From NCBI GenBank assembly GCA_024679065.1, contig JAGIQG010000004.1, positions 54,870,001 through 54,934,000 of the forward strand: a stretch of 64,000 bases of DNA, in the 5' to 3' direction. How positions within the stretch are numbered: the first letter of the stretch is position 1; each line of letters opens with the position of its first letter. The DNA is from Sphyrna mokarran (taxonomy: Eukaryota). The position numbers were made by a program, and so were the translations under genes. The notes under the pieces were generated by a model. It did no database searches. It saw only the letters and a program-made list of their open reading frames with translations, and was not told the origin of the DNA. This document shows, one piece after another, positions 39,748 to 52,427 of this stretch.

Positions 39748-39995
39748 GTAAAGATCAACTGATAATTTCCACCTCTGTTCATAATTGCACAAGAGCAGTA
39801 TCTTGCCCTTTGGAAATGAAGAACACGTGTTCAGATACAAGTGGGCGAAGAAATACACGAAATAAGAAAGAAGATGAAGAAGCCACAATCAAGACGAATG
39901 GGGGGCGAGTGCACTATCTTTCTGTAAAATTAGAAAATGAAAATACAATTGTAGTTGGCCCTGTGCATAAAATCAGTTTAGTGCATTTCCTGTAA
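39748..39995 (+). other. Candidate downstream (3' UTR or vestigial cytoplasmic) exon of gene 2; 3' end uncertain
   Basis: Acceptor ttttgtttttaataaccag|G is homologous to 14895. Confidence 0.45.
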
Positions 39996-41522
39996 TGCAA
40001 CAACAGCAATGGCCTTGTTTGAAGGCTCATGTTGTATTGTTCGGAGGGATGGGGAGAAAGAGGAAGAGCGGCGCTGGCACATATCTTAATATATAAATCT
40101 CGTTAATAGAAATAATTGTTTTCAATAAATTTAACTTTAATAAAAATTCGCATTAGAATATTTTTGGCAAGTGTAACTTTCATATGTCTTTTTATGGAAG
40201 ACATTGGAAATGTTTGCGAGAAACCGTTCTGTTCATGTAATTTAAATCTGAGACATATTCCGGAACCACCAACAACAGCCCATGTTGGTTGTATTTTTGT
40301 CTCTGTCAATAGACAATAGGTGAAAACTATAGCATTTCAAGAAGGCAGCACAGTACCATCTTCTCAGGTCATTAGGGATAGGCAAATGTTCGCCTAAACA
40401 GCGACTCCAAGCCCATGGAGGAATTTTAAAAAAAGGAATGGTTGCTTTAAAAAAAAATGAAGTCACTTTCATCCCAGATGACATAGTCTGCTTTCCTTTT
40501 TGAGGCGGGGGGGGGGGGTTAAGAATGTTGGGGGGGGGGGGGAGGAGCTAACTGGTTGTGATTTAATCTGAGAAACGTCGCGTTTCATGCAAAGGGCAGG
40601 ATTCAGGAGCCGGACCTTCATAAAAATCTCAGCAGGTATGAGAGCTGAACCTATGCATTTGGTATCAGCAAGTAGCCACACTGCGACGTGAACTAACCAT
40701 CTCCAAGCAGCAGCCTTGTTCACCTGGGCATTCAACTGCAATACATCTCGCTCTTATTTCAACTATGAACAAGGCGATCATCCGTTCAGCTGGTCCCAAT
40801 CAGACAGATCTTAAAGTAAACAATCGAGACATATTTCAGCATAAATTTCTGTTGTTTTGACCTTCTACCTTTATTTAGTATATGGTTGCCAAGTTATGAA
40901 CTTCACTTCAAATTTGGTCATTTTTAATGTGGAATGCGGTCGGACGAACTGTGTACGTGATCACGGCACCACATCAATGCAAATCCGTCAATTTACTTTA
41001 TCGCAAACGCTTAGTCGGGCTAACTTTCACATAAAACTATCTATTTAGTTAGACACAACTGTTCAATCAAATACAAATTTTAAGCTGAGAAGTTTTCCAT
41101 ATTAATTACAATTGAATATGAAATATTTCAATTAATTTTAAAAGCGTATAATCGTTGACACATGAGTCTTGAATCAATCAGTGAGAGTTCGGTATGAATG
41201 TTTATCGCACCCAAGAGGAAATGATCTCACCGAATCGCTCTCAGTTACCACATAGTCAAACGCGTTGGGCCCGATTTTACCAATAGGAGCCCAAGGGCCC
41301 GGTCCGGGTGTAATATGGATCCGAGCCAGTAATCCCCTGTGCAGCACGTCATAGGCTTCTTATTGGCACCGATCTGATCTGCGCTGTGAGCGGGGCTCAG
41401 CGCTGCAAAACATTTTATCAGCAAAAGATTTGTCACCTGACTGATTAGCATAACATGTTAAGCATCGTTTAATATACTTCGGAGCTGAAAACTCGATTTT
41501 AGCGATCTAGCTGTATATGATT

Positions 41523-44500
41523 CAAAGAACAAAGAACATGAACAAAACAGCACGGGAAACAGGCCCTTCGGCCCAACGAGCCCGCGCCGCCACCCCGATG
41601 TTCCCACCTCTACCCGCGATCCCTGTCTATGTTTATAGATCTATGGATTAAAAACCAAATTTGAGACAATTTAGGCAGAATTTGTTTTGCCAATTAGCCT
41701 AAGAGCACATCTTTGGGATGTGGGAGGAAACCGGAGCACCCGGAGAAAACCCACGCAAGCACGGGGAGAATGCGCAAACTCCCACAGACACAGGCCAAAT
41801 CCATGTATCTGCACAGCACAGCGATAGTCACTGAGCTGTCGTGTTGCCCATCAAATGGTCCAGGTCAAGCGTACACTAACAACATGAAGCACTCGGATAC
41901 TCTCGAAAAAAATCCAAGACCAGCCCTCTCGCGACCCATCGCGTGTATGCCCCTTGTTAGACAACAAGGTGGACCAAAGCACCTGTAGGATAACAACAAG
42001 TAAATCAATATCTTCATCTATTTACATACTTCCCAGGGACTCCCAAGGCTCATGATCCCTATTTTAAATCAGTTTTCTATACCCCTCCATTCCCATTCTG
42101 TTCATGTGCCCATCTAAGTATTTCTTAAATAACTCCAGAGTGCTTGCCTCCACCACTTTATTTGGCAGTGCATTCCATACTCCCACCACCCTCTGTGGAA
42201 AAAACTCCCTCTAGCATCCAAATTATACCTTACCCCCCTCACCCTAAGCCCGTGACCCCTCGTGCTATTTGAGTCCATCCTAGGAAAAAGCTTAGGCCTG
42301 TTTACTCTATCTATCCCCTTCAAAATCTTGTACACCTCTATCAGATCTCCTCTAAGTCTACGTCTTTCTAAGGAAAACAGTCCCAATTTGTCTAATCTCT
42401 CCTCGTAACTCAGACCTTCCATACCAGGCAGCATCCTGGTAAACCTCCTCTGCATTCTCTCCAGAGTCTCCACGTCCTTCCGGTAGTAGGGCGACCAGAA
42501 CTGGACACAGTATTCCAAATGAGGTCTAACCAACGTTTTATACAACTGCAACATTAAAGGCCAGCTCTTGTACTCTATACCCCTTCCTATAAAGGCTAAC
42601 ATATTACATGTTTTCTTCACAACTTTCTCAACTTGCTCTGCCACCTTCAGAGACTTGTTCACCTGCACCCCCAGGTCCCTCTGCGTTTCTATACTCGTAA
42701 TACGTCTACCCTTTATCATATACCTCCCCACTACATTCTTTCCACCGAAATGCATCACCTCACATTTATCAGGATTGAATTCCATCTGCCATCTGTCTGC
42801 CCAAGCTAACAGCCTATCTATGTCCTGCTGCATCGCCTGACAATGCTCCTCACTATCCGCAAGTCCAGCCATCTTTGTATCGTCTGCAAACTTGCTGATC
42901 ACTCCACTTACTCCCACTTCCAAGTCATTTATATATATTACAAATAGAAGAGGTCCCAGTACCGAGCCCTGCGGCACACCACTAGTGACCGACCTCCAGC
43001 TAGAGAAACACCCTTCCACTATTACTCTCTGTCTCCTATTACCAAGCCAGTTACTTATCCATCTAGCTACCTGTCCTTGTATCCCATTAGCCTTGACCTT
43101 CTCGACTAACCTCCCATGAGGGACTTTGTCAAACGCCTTACTAAAATCCATATGGACGACATCAACGGCTCGCCCTTCGTCCACCGTTTTCGTCACCTCC
43201 TCAAAAAATTCTACCAGATTTGTAAGGCACGACCTCCCTTTAACAAATCCATGCCGCGTATCCCTAATCAGATCGCAACGCTCTAAGTGCCTATACATCC
43301 TATCTCTAAGAATCCCCTCCAACAGCTTCCCTACCACTGACGTCAAACTCACCGGCCTATAATTTCCAGGGTTATTCCTACTACCCTTTTTAAACAACAG
43401 TACAAAATTAGCTATTCTCCAGTCCTCTGGGACCTCAACTGTGTCCAAGGAAGAGACAAAGATTTGCGTCAGAGGCCCAGCAATTTCACCTCGCACCTCC
43501 CTAAGCAGCCTGGGATAAATGTCGTCAGGCCCCGGAAATTTATCAGTTTAAATGCTACCTAGAAGCTCTAACACTTCCTCCCTCAGTATGGATATTTCCC
43601 TCAACTGGTCCACAGCTCCCTCAGAGACAGGACCTGTCAACAAGCTCCTCTCCTTCGTGAATACCGACGCAAGGTATTCTTTCAGGATCTCCGCCATTCC
43701 CTCGGGCACAGTTCCCCTCCTCCGTCCCTAAGAGGTCCACTTTTTCCTCTAAGCACCCTTTTATTCCTAACATAGGAGCAAAAAGCCTTTGGATTTTCCT
43801 TAATCCTATCCACCAAAATCATTTCATGCCCCCTTTTTGCCCTTCTAACTCCCCGTTTGAGCTCCTCCTACTCTCTCTATATTCCTCCAACGCTGTCTCC
43901 GTTCCCAGCTGCTTTGACTTATCATACGCCTCTCTTTTCTTCTTAACCAAGTCCTCAATATCCCTAGTAATCCACGGCTCTCTAATCCTACCTTTCCCAT
44001 CTTTCCTCTTGGCTGGCACATACTTATCTTGCAACATTTTCAATATTCCCTTGAAAGAGTCCCATATGCCTAGCGTGGACTTACCCTCGAACAACCGTTC
44101 CCAATCAGTTTCCATAAGTTCCTTCCTAATCCGACCGTAGTTAGCCTTCCCCCAATTCAGCACCCTGCCCCTAGGGCAACAAGCATCCTTTTCCATCTGT
44201 ATCCTAAAGTAGACAGAATTGTGGTCACTGTTAGCCACTGTTCCCCTGCTACAACATCAACCACCTGCCCTGGCTCATTACTCAGAACTAAATCCAATAT
44301 AGCCCCTTCTCTAGTCGGGCTAGCCACGTACTGCTCCAACGATCCTTCCAGTACACATTTTATAAATTCCTGCCCGTCCAAACCCCCAGCTATAGATACT
44401 TTCCAATCCACCCTAGGGAGATTAAAATCTCCCACTATAACGACTCTGTTCTTTCTGCACCTATCCAAAATGTCTTTACATATGCCTTCTTCAACTACTC

Positions 44501-44640
44501 GCGGGCTGTTGGGTGGTCTACAGTACACCCCTAGCATAGTAATCGCCCCTTTTCTATTCCTCAACTCCACCCACAGCGACTCCACTCCTAACTCTGTATT
44601 ATCCTCTCTCTGCACCGCCGTGATGCTCTCCTTAACTAAG
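41523..44640 (-). mobile_element. Relatively young 5'-truncated CR1 LINE (partial APE endonuclease plus RT, frameshifted) with SINE-containing 3' UTR
   Basis: ORFs 44157..44708 (VGDFN, LDLVLSN), 43819..44238 (SDHNSV) and 42114..43496 (NYRPVSLTS, GVPQGSVLGPLLF, SKFADDTK). Confidence 0.95.
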
Positions 44641-44935
44641 CCACCATTTAACGTGTATAAACAACGATTCAAAACGGCACTCAATGTATCCATAATTCCC
44701 TGTTTCAAACTCAGGAGTCAGAAACAGAAAAGAATACTCCTCAATACTCAGGCATCGGAACGTGCCCGCAGAGTCGCGTGAAACAAAAGTGGGAAAAGGT
44801 TTGACTTTTTGTTGTTTTAGAATAATAATTACAGATAATTGTATGAAGTTTCACTTCATTTACATCCAAAATATCCATCAACTTGGAATGAATTTTCCAC
44901 AATTTCCATTACCCAGCTTTCCTATGAATACTGAC

Positions 44936-45099
44936 CGTGATCCACTCTTCTGCTTCCGTTCTGGAACATACTCATTGCCTCTAGGTTGAGAGCACATACA
45001 CCACTCATGAATGTTTTTTTTCATAGAATCCGTATACTTGTCCTTTTCAGCTGATAGCCGTCTTATTTCTGCTCTTGCTTCTTCCAGCTCCTCCTTGGA
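44936..45099 (-). pseudogene. POC5: POC5 fragment, downstream exon, with +1 frameshift in an A8 run
   Basis: Acceptor ttttag|, donor |gtcagt. Removing one A gives [48 protein letters not shown], matching the vertebrate POC5 motif [19 protein letters not shown] as I recall it. Confidence 0.85.
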
Positions 45100-46022
45100 C
45101 TAAAATTTCAAATAACAGTTGATCAGAGAACAAAAACATTTTCAACAATGCATAATGTTAGGTAAATATTTCCAATTATTTGGTCCAAATGTGCTATCAT
45201 TTTCCTGTTAAGATTGTCTTTTGTTTAAATATTCAAGGACCCCCAAATTGACTTAAAGCCCCATCTTTGTCCTTTTTTTTGAAACTGTGCATACAATTGC
45301 AATCCGAAAGCATAAAATCATCCAGCTTACAAACCAAACATAGGAAACAGTTTTAACCATTTCCATATTTTTCCTGACTCATTCCAACTTTGCTTTTACA
45401 ATGTTTTGCATCCAAAATTTTAGCGTGTTCTTTGCAGATTGCTCCTTGATTTCTCCCCTAACGCTCATGAAGAATGGAGATTATTTTATGTTCAGGAAAC
45501 AAACACATTTAATAAATCTGTATTTTCATTGGCATATTCATTGCAGCATAGCCAAGTGCAAAAGTAGGGATTTTACATATATTTGTACTTTATTTTCTCA
45601 AACACATTAACTTCACCTTTTCTAGTTTCAAGGCAAAGTTAGGGGAGGAAAGAACTCCATTGCTCCGGCATCATTTTTCATGAAAGAGTTCTGCAGAAAT
45701 CTTTCATTCTTGTGTGGTTGGCCACCGCTGCAAGTTTTAAGCTAGTTAACCTAGTATATACTATTGGCTCCAAAACAGAGTGGAGAGAGAAATTTTTGAG
45801 GACTTTCTGAAAATTCCTCTAAGTGTGGTAGAACAGCAGCAAGGAATGCTTTAAAAATATAGAATGACAAAGATTGGAGGTACAAGCAAGGCAGACCACA
45901 GATATTTATCCCTGCATTCTGCCGAGATGTCTTGTATTAGAGGCGTATGTGCATCATAGTTTTCAGCTGATCAATTACCTTTATACACAAGAAATCTTTT
46001 CAAATAATTCACTAGTACTTAC

Positions 46023-46202
46023 TGCATCAAGCTTTCTTTCATAGTCCCTCGATAACTGGACACAGACCTCTTCAGCACGAGCTTGGCTTGCTTTTTCTAA
46101 CCTCTCTCTCCATTCTGTTTGCATTTCTGATTTCCAAGCTGTACACACTTTCTTCATCAGGCAGAATCTATAATGTCTGTCAGCCAGGTTATTTGCAAAA
46201 GC
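46023..46202 (-). pseudogene. POC5: POC5 fragment, upstream exon (180 nt, phase 0/0)
   Basis: Acceptor cttttcaag|, donor |gtaagt. AFANNLADRHYRFCLMKKVCTAWKSEMQTEWRERLEKASQARAEEVCVQLSRDYERKLDA matches the POC5 motif ERACQARAEEVCxQxSxDYE as I recall it. Confidence 0.88.
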
Positions 46203-47730
46203 CTTGAAAAGATGAATCAGAGTTACAAATTGTGTTACAACTGGATAGTGAGACTACATAGCTTCAGTAAAATTCAAGTCACAAAATTGTACCAAGTATT
46301 CCCTATTCACCTGTAATTACTTGCACTGCATTATAACATTCAGAGTGCACTGAACATGGAACAATTTCAGATTAGTTACAGGGAGAGCATGGAAATACAT
46401 TCAAAATAACATTTACTTGCTGCAAAGTGAACTGTCACGCTTTCATGAATTATGTTAGTACTTAATTTGGACTTAATTCTTTCACTGCTGACCATCACAT
46501 AACTTGCATCATTTATATGAATTCTGTCCTGACATTAAAGCAGCCATTCCCTCTTTTGCTTAGTTTCCTTTTGTATATAACAATCCATGTCATGTACATG
46601 ATTATTTAACTGTATAAATGCTGCTAATCCCTTTAGATGCAACATTTCCTCAGGCACAGACTCACTTGCATTGTATAAACAGGTTTTTTTTAAAAAAAAA
46701 CAGAAAGTAATCAGCTTAAACTAAATCAGTTCATTTTAAATAAGGCATAATTAACCAGCAATTATATTACAAATCAATGCTGGAATATCATACCCAACCA
46801 GTCAGGGTCAATTAATTTTACAGCACAGATCAGCTAAAAGGTGAACAGGTACTTTCAAACTTGCTGTGGCTTTTGCCACCCTTGAGAAAAAAACTCCATT
46901 GTTTTAACAAAATGTAAGAGTTAAATTACAAAACAAAAACGGAAATATTGAAAATACACAACCTGCCTTTTCTGCAGATGCTGGCTGACTTAATATTTCA
47001 AATATTATTTATGAAAAAAAACGAAGCTGGCCAATGCGGTGACAGTACGCATGCCCGGTGAAAAATATTTATCTAAGATACTAAAGCACATACACTATGA
47101 GAAAGACAACCATAACAAAGATAATCAATAGTGGTTTTGGAAAACGCAAACATGGCAAAATTTATTCTTTCTTCCTGCTTTAATTCATCACGTACTCCTA
47201 AATTTCTCACTGGCTTCTTATTTCAAGATTTTGCCATCATGGTGATCTGTGTATTTTAAACCACAGACGTAAGTTTGACTGGGATTGGACTGGGTTCTGT
47301 TTAGCCAGTCGATCATCATTAGATGTAAGTAATACTACGTCGCATGTACAGATAGCGTTATCCAAACATACCGAGGTGTCTTAAATTTCAGAAAGTACAT
47401 TGATTGCTTTAAAACATATAGATAAAATGACATGTACAGAAAGCATACTTTTCAAACAATAGGAAAGTGCAGCATATCCAACTGTAAGGCGATGGCCTAC
47501 GCAGCTGAGATGCAGGCAGCCTTCTATGAGCAGGACTTGTTGTCCCCTCCTGCCGACTAAGCCAAAAACCAAAGCAGCATCTATATCAGTTTGTATAACA
47601 GAATTAGATACAGGCCGTTGTACATTCGCAATATCCTCTATTTCTGTCATTCTGGTGAAACGGGTTCTACGTTTTACAAAGAAAAGTTGTATTCAGTTTT
47701 ATTTCACAGATATGCAGGATTAACGATGCA

Positions 47731-48075
47731 TCATAGAATCACGCTAATAGAATCATAGAATTTCTCCAGTACTGAAGACCATTCGGCCCATTGAATCTGT
47801 ATAGACGCAGCATTTTCCCAAGGCCCACTATTCCACCCCACCCCCACCGCCCCCGCGCCCGCATCCTCTGCCCTATTCTCATTATGCCACGGATTTATCA
47901 CGCCTAATCCACACAATGCACACATCTTGAGACAATAAGGGGCAATATATACGGGCCAATCCATCTAATCCATACATCACTGGATTGTGGGAGGAAAGTG
48001 AAACCCCTGAAGAAACCCACAAAGACACGGGGGGAATGTACAAACTTCCCATAGTCCAGAATTGAACCCAGGTGA
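47731..48075 (-). mobile_element. V-domain SINE fragment
   Basis: Reverse strand has a ctgggttcaattc B-box, a V-domain body and a (ttctatga)n tail. Confidence 0.75.
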
Positions 48076-48099
48076 GCTAGCAGAAATATGACTTAGAAA

Positions 48100-49730
48100 G
48101 ATAGAACATAAAAGCAGGAATAGGCTTTTCAGCCCTTGCAGTCTTCTTCGCATTTTATTGTGATCATGGCTGATGATCAAACTCAATATCCTGATTCCAA
48201 CATTTCTCGATGTCCCTTGATCATTTTAGCCCCAAAAGCTATATCTATTTTATTCTTGATATTGTACAAAATATAGGCCTCAACGACTTTCTGTAGTAGT
48301 GAAATCTGCACGTTCACCACTCCCTGGATGAAGAAATTTCTCCTCAACTCAGTTTTAAATGTTTTCTCCCTATCCTCAAACTATGACCCTTATTTCTGGA
48401 CTAACCCACGATCGGGAACATTCTTTCTGAATGTACCCTGTCTAACTCAATTAGGGCCCTAAAATTTCTATAAGGTTCCTCCCACTCATCCAAACTCCAA
48501 TTTACACATTCATAACCGACTTAATCTCTCCTCACACTACACACCTGCCTGGTGAACCTTCGCTATACTCCGTCTATAGCAAGAGCATCACTCCTCAGAC
48601 AAGGACTCCGGAATGGCACATAATAGAACATAGAACACAGAACATTACAGCGCAGAACAGGCCCTTCGGCCTTCAATGTTGCGCCGACCATTATAAAAAA
48701 GCAATGACCCTCCAAACTAAACCATTCCCTTCTCTTCCATTAACCTATCAACTAACATCTTAAACGCCACCAAACTTGGCGCATCTACAACTGTCGCAGG
48801 CAGGGCATTCCACTCCCTAACCACCCTCTGGGTAAAGAACCTACCTCTGATATCCGTCCTATAACTATCATCCCTTAATTTAAAGCTGTGTCCCCTCGTG
48901 CTAGCTATCTCCATCCTAGGAAAAAGGCTATCACTGTCCACCCTATCTAAACCTCTAATCATCTTATATGCTTTGATAAGGTCTCCTCTTAGCCGCCTCC
49001 TCTCTAACGAAAACAACCTCAAATCCCTCAGCCTCTCTTCATAAGACCTGCCCTCCATACCAGGCAACATCCTGGTAATACTCCAGATGTGGCCTCACCA
49101 TGCCCTATGCAATTGCAGTCACAAATCTCTATTCACACACTCAAATCCTCTCGCCATGAAGACCAACAAGTCATTTGACTTCTTTACTGCCTTATGTCCC
49201 TGCATGAGAACACCAAGGTCTTATTAATTTCATACATTAAAGTAATGATCTGTCTGCCTATTATGCTATCAAAGTGAATAAACTCACATTTATCCACACT
49301 GCATCTGCCATGTATGTACCTATAAACTCAGCCTGTCCAAATCACGCTGAAGCATCTCTGCTTCACAGCTCAACCTCCCACTCAACTTTGCATCATCTAC
49401 AATTTTGGGGATAATACATGTAGTGTCCTCTTCCAAATCAATAATACACAACATGAACAGTTAGTGTTCTAGCAGAGATCGTTGTGGTGCTCTACTAATC
49501 ACTGTCTGCCAATCAAAAAAAGATCCATTAATGCCAACATTGTACTTCCCAACTGCTAATGAACTTTCGATCTATCTCAGGAAATTACCTGCAATCCCAT
49601 GCACTTTAAATTTACATAGTAATTTGGTATTTGAGATATTCTAAATAAATCACATCCATTGGTTCTGTTTGGTGAACCCTACGACTTACATTTTCGAAGA
49701 ATGTTAATTTCCCCTTTGTAAATCCATGCT
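48100..49730 (-). mobile_element. Old CR1 fragment containing a younger nested CR1 3' end (about 48624-49077)
   Basis: ORF 48717..49070 is an intact CR1 C-terminus with its own tail, embedded in decayed CR1 sequence. Confidence 0.85.
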
Positions 49731-50170
49731 AATTGACCTGTGCTAAGTGAGAGATAAATAAAGGACTGAAACATGGATTCCATTGAAAGATGGATGGGAG
49801 ATTATAGGGGAAAACAAGTTCAGGGACTTTGGACAGGCAAAGATGTTGGAAATGGGGTAGTGGTTTGTATGAATGAAGAACGGAAGGATTGATCATTTGA
49901 GAAGACAGATTATGTCAGCAGATTTGCAGAAGTGTGTAATCGTATAGAGAACTAGTAACTGTATCAGCTGCCACACATAGCAGGAAAGAGGGTTTGCGTT
50001 ATCATCAGTTTAGTGGGAATAGAGTAAAGAATGTAGGTGTCGGCTTCATGATGAGTTCGAAGATGACAAGTGGAGAAGCTGAAAGGAAAGTGGAGAATAA
50101 TGTGATTTTAGGGCTGGAGTGAAGAGTTTGGCAGGGTGCGCATTCCTTAGCGAATATTCTGGACCTTCCT

Positions 50171-50518
50171 GGGCGGCACGGTAGCACAGAAATTAGCACT
50201 GCTGTTTCACAACTTCAAGGTGCTGGGTTCGATTCCCGGTTCGGGTCACCGTGTGTGTGCAGTTTGCACGTTCTCTTCCTGTCTGCGTGGGTTTCCTCCG
50301 GGTACTCCGTTTTCCTCTCACAGTCCAAAGATGTGTGGGTTAGTTTGATTGGCCATGTCAAGAAATTGCCCCTTAGTGTTCAGGGATGTGTAGGTTCGAG
50401 GGATTAGTGGGTATAATGTGCAGGGATATAGGGGTAAGACCTGGATGGGACTGTGTGCAGTGCAAACTCGATGGGCCGAAGGCCCTCTTTCAGCACTGCA
50501 GATTCTATGATTCTATGA
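50171..50518 (+). mobile_element. Full-length tRNA-derived V-domain SINE (HE1-like)
   Basis: gggcggcacggtagcacag A-box, gggttcgattccc B-box, V domain tgcgtgggtttcctccgggtactccg, and a gggccgaaggcc...(ttctatga)n tail. Confidence 0.9.
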
Positions 50519-51002
50519 CATTTATAGAAATGAGGAAATGGATGTGACAGAGGCCGCTGAGCAGATGTTATCAAGTTTAGTAACCGAAAAGTCCATGCAA
50601 TCCTGGGACATGTTGCAGGAGATGCCGCACGAGAGGAGGTAAAGGTTTATGGCGACTGATTGTAATAGAATAAACAGGCCAGAGGTCAGTCAACATTGCT
50701 TTTTGTGTGATTCGCGAAAATGGAATAATTTTGATAGACTGTAACAGGACCCTGTGGTTCTTTATATGGCCCATAGTAATCAGCCGATCAATAAACAAAT
50801 CAGTTTAATCATATTGGTATAAATTAATTTGATAATTATTGCCCAGCCGCAATTAAAGGATATAAATATCCCACGTCCTTTCAAGTTAAGAAGTTTGATA
50901 GGGAAAGAGCTGCGCATGCGCCTAACTGTCTAATATTGATACAGTGCAGACTTTGACTGTATATCTAATCGAGACCTAGGCTTGCCACTTCAAAAAACGC
51001 AT

Positions 51003-52427
51003 GGGCCGGATTTTACCAATTGGAGTCTAAAGTCCGAATCCGAGCGTAATATAGACCCGAATCCGGAATCCTCTTAGCAGCGCGCCCATCGTTTATTGCC
51101 GGCTCCAGTCCTATTAGCGCTGTGGGCGACGCTCAGCTCTGCTGGAACGATGGGAACTCTGAACTGCGCAAGCACAGTTAGAAAAAATTGAGAAGTAGCG
51201 CCCGGATCGGAAAAGGCAAAAAAAAAGCAGAAAGCGGAGAGAGTGGCTCTTTCACACAGATCATCCCCTGGGGGGTGGGGGGCTGGGGTCGGTGGTGGTG
51301 GGAGGTAGAAATGGGGGATGCGGGGAGGAGGAGGAGGTGGGTCAGTGATGCGAATCATTGATGCGCCTTGCACTGGAAGTCGCTTCTGTGCTAATTTTAT
51401 TCTGCTAATCCCAAGAACGTGGAATCTTCTAACCCTGTGATGACTTCCACTATTAGGTAAAAGAGAGCATGGGACTTTTAGGGAGGTTCTGCCGTAAAGA
51501 AGGCCAGTACCTGGCTGTCTCAGGTCACTGATATAAACCTTTGATCAGACAAATGAATCTAGCAGGCATTTCTCATAGGAGATTCAATGTATATCAAAAA
51601 ATTCACACTAATCCTGGGCAGTCAAGACTATTTTCAAACAGAGTTAATAATTTGATTGCTGTCCTGACTAGCGCAATTCACTGAACCCGGAGCTCTAATC
51701 AGTCCGGAGTCTTGCAGTTAAATGTATTTCGAGGCAGAGCAGTTCGAGAGGGCTATGGCTGTCTGGTGATGGGAGAGGAGGCGCAATCGCTGGTAGGTGG
51801 GGGCGGATGGATCTCTGGTAAGGGGAGAGAGTAGCGGGGTCTGCTGCCACTCTGCGGGTGATCCCTCCTCCCCACTGGAGGAACGAATGCCCTGTCACCA
51901 GAGGATCCATCCGCTCCCCCCTCCCCCACCTCCTTCCCTATTAGCGAGTGATCGGGCCTCCCCCTCACCACCAGACAACAATCGGCCCTCCTTAACCGGG
52001 CCCAGAGATACATTTGGCCGTCTCCTCCTCCTCCCAGAAGATGCTCTGACGCACCTCCTCCTCTTCCTCCCCCCACACCACCCTCAGAGAATGATCTCTG
52101 TCAGAGACCTTTGCAGGCTCTATAACCGTTTATGAGTTCCCCTGCAAAATAAAAACCGGCTTCAGATTTTTTATTTTGCAGGTCACTTACAGCGCGATTC
52201 AGGAAAGGACCAGAAGACCGTAAAGTGGGATTTCGTGATAAATTTGGGTGCGCGGTTCATCAAATCGATTTAATTGCATGCTAATACAGATCCGCTCCCG
52301 AATTGGGTGTCGGTAAAGTAGCGGTCTGCTCGGATTCGGGTGCAAATCGCGTTAAAGCCTGATGCCTGAATTTGCCGCGATTTCACGCTCCAAAATGGGC
52401 GTGAAATTTCGGTTGAATCGCGGCCAT
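51003..52427. mobile_element. Putative non-autonomous DNA transposon with imperfect TIRs
   Basis: GC-rich block bounded by gggccggattttacc and ggttgaatcgcggcc. A partial copy of the left end lies at 41267-41410. Confidence 0.45.

Larger units (their letters stand above)
28460..41270 (+). repeat. Second copy of the duplicated block containing the receptor gene (first copy from <1 to about 16090)
   Basis: Colinear matches: 21-60 with 28461-28500, 3040-3300 with 29980-30250, promoter, all exons, the C1-TM intron, 14870-15400 with 39720-40250, and 16070-16090 with 41250-41270. Confidence 0.85.

Noticed and set aside
40507-40542. Two poly-G runs as a functional G-quadruplex
   Set aside because: Simple homopolymers in decayed repeat-like context, not present in the paralogous block.
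42568-44781. Plus-strand ORFs overlapping the long CR1
   Set aside because: Antisense shadows of LINE ORF2.
50171-50245. tRNA gene
   Set aside because: The A/B boxes belong to a SINE head followed by a V domain and LINE-like tail.
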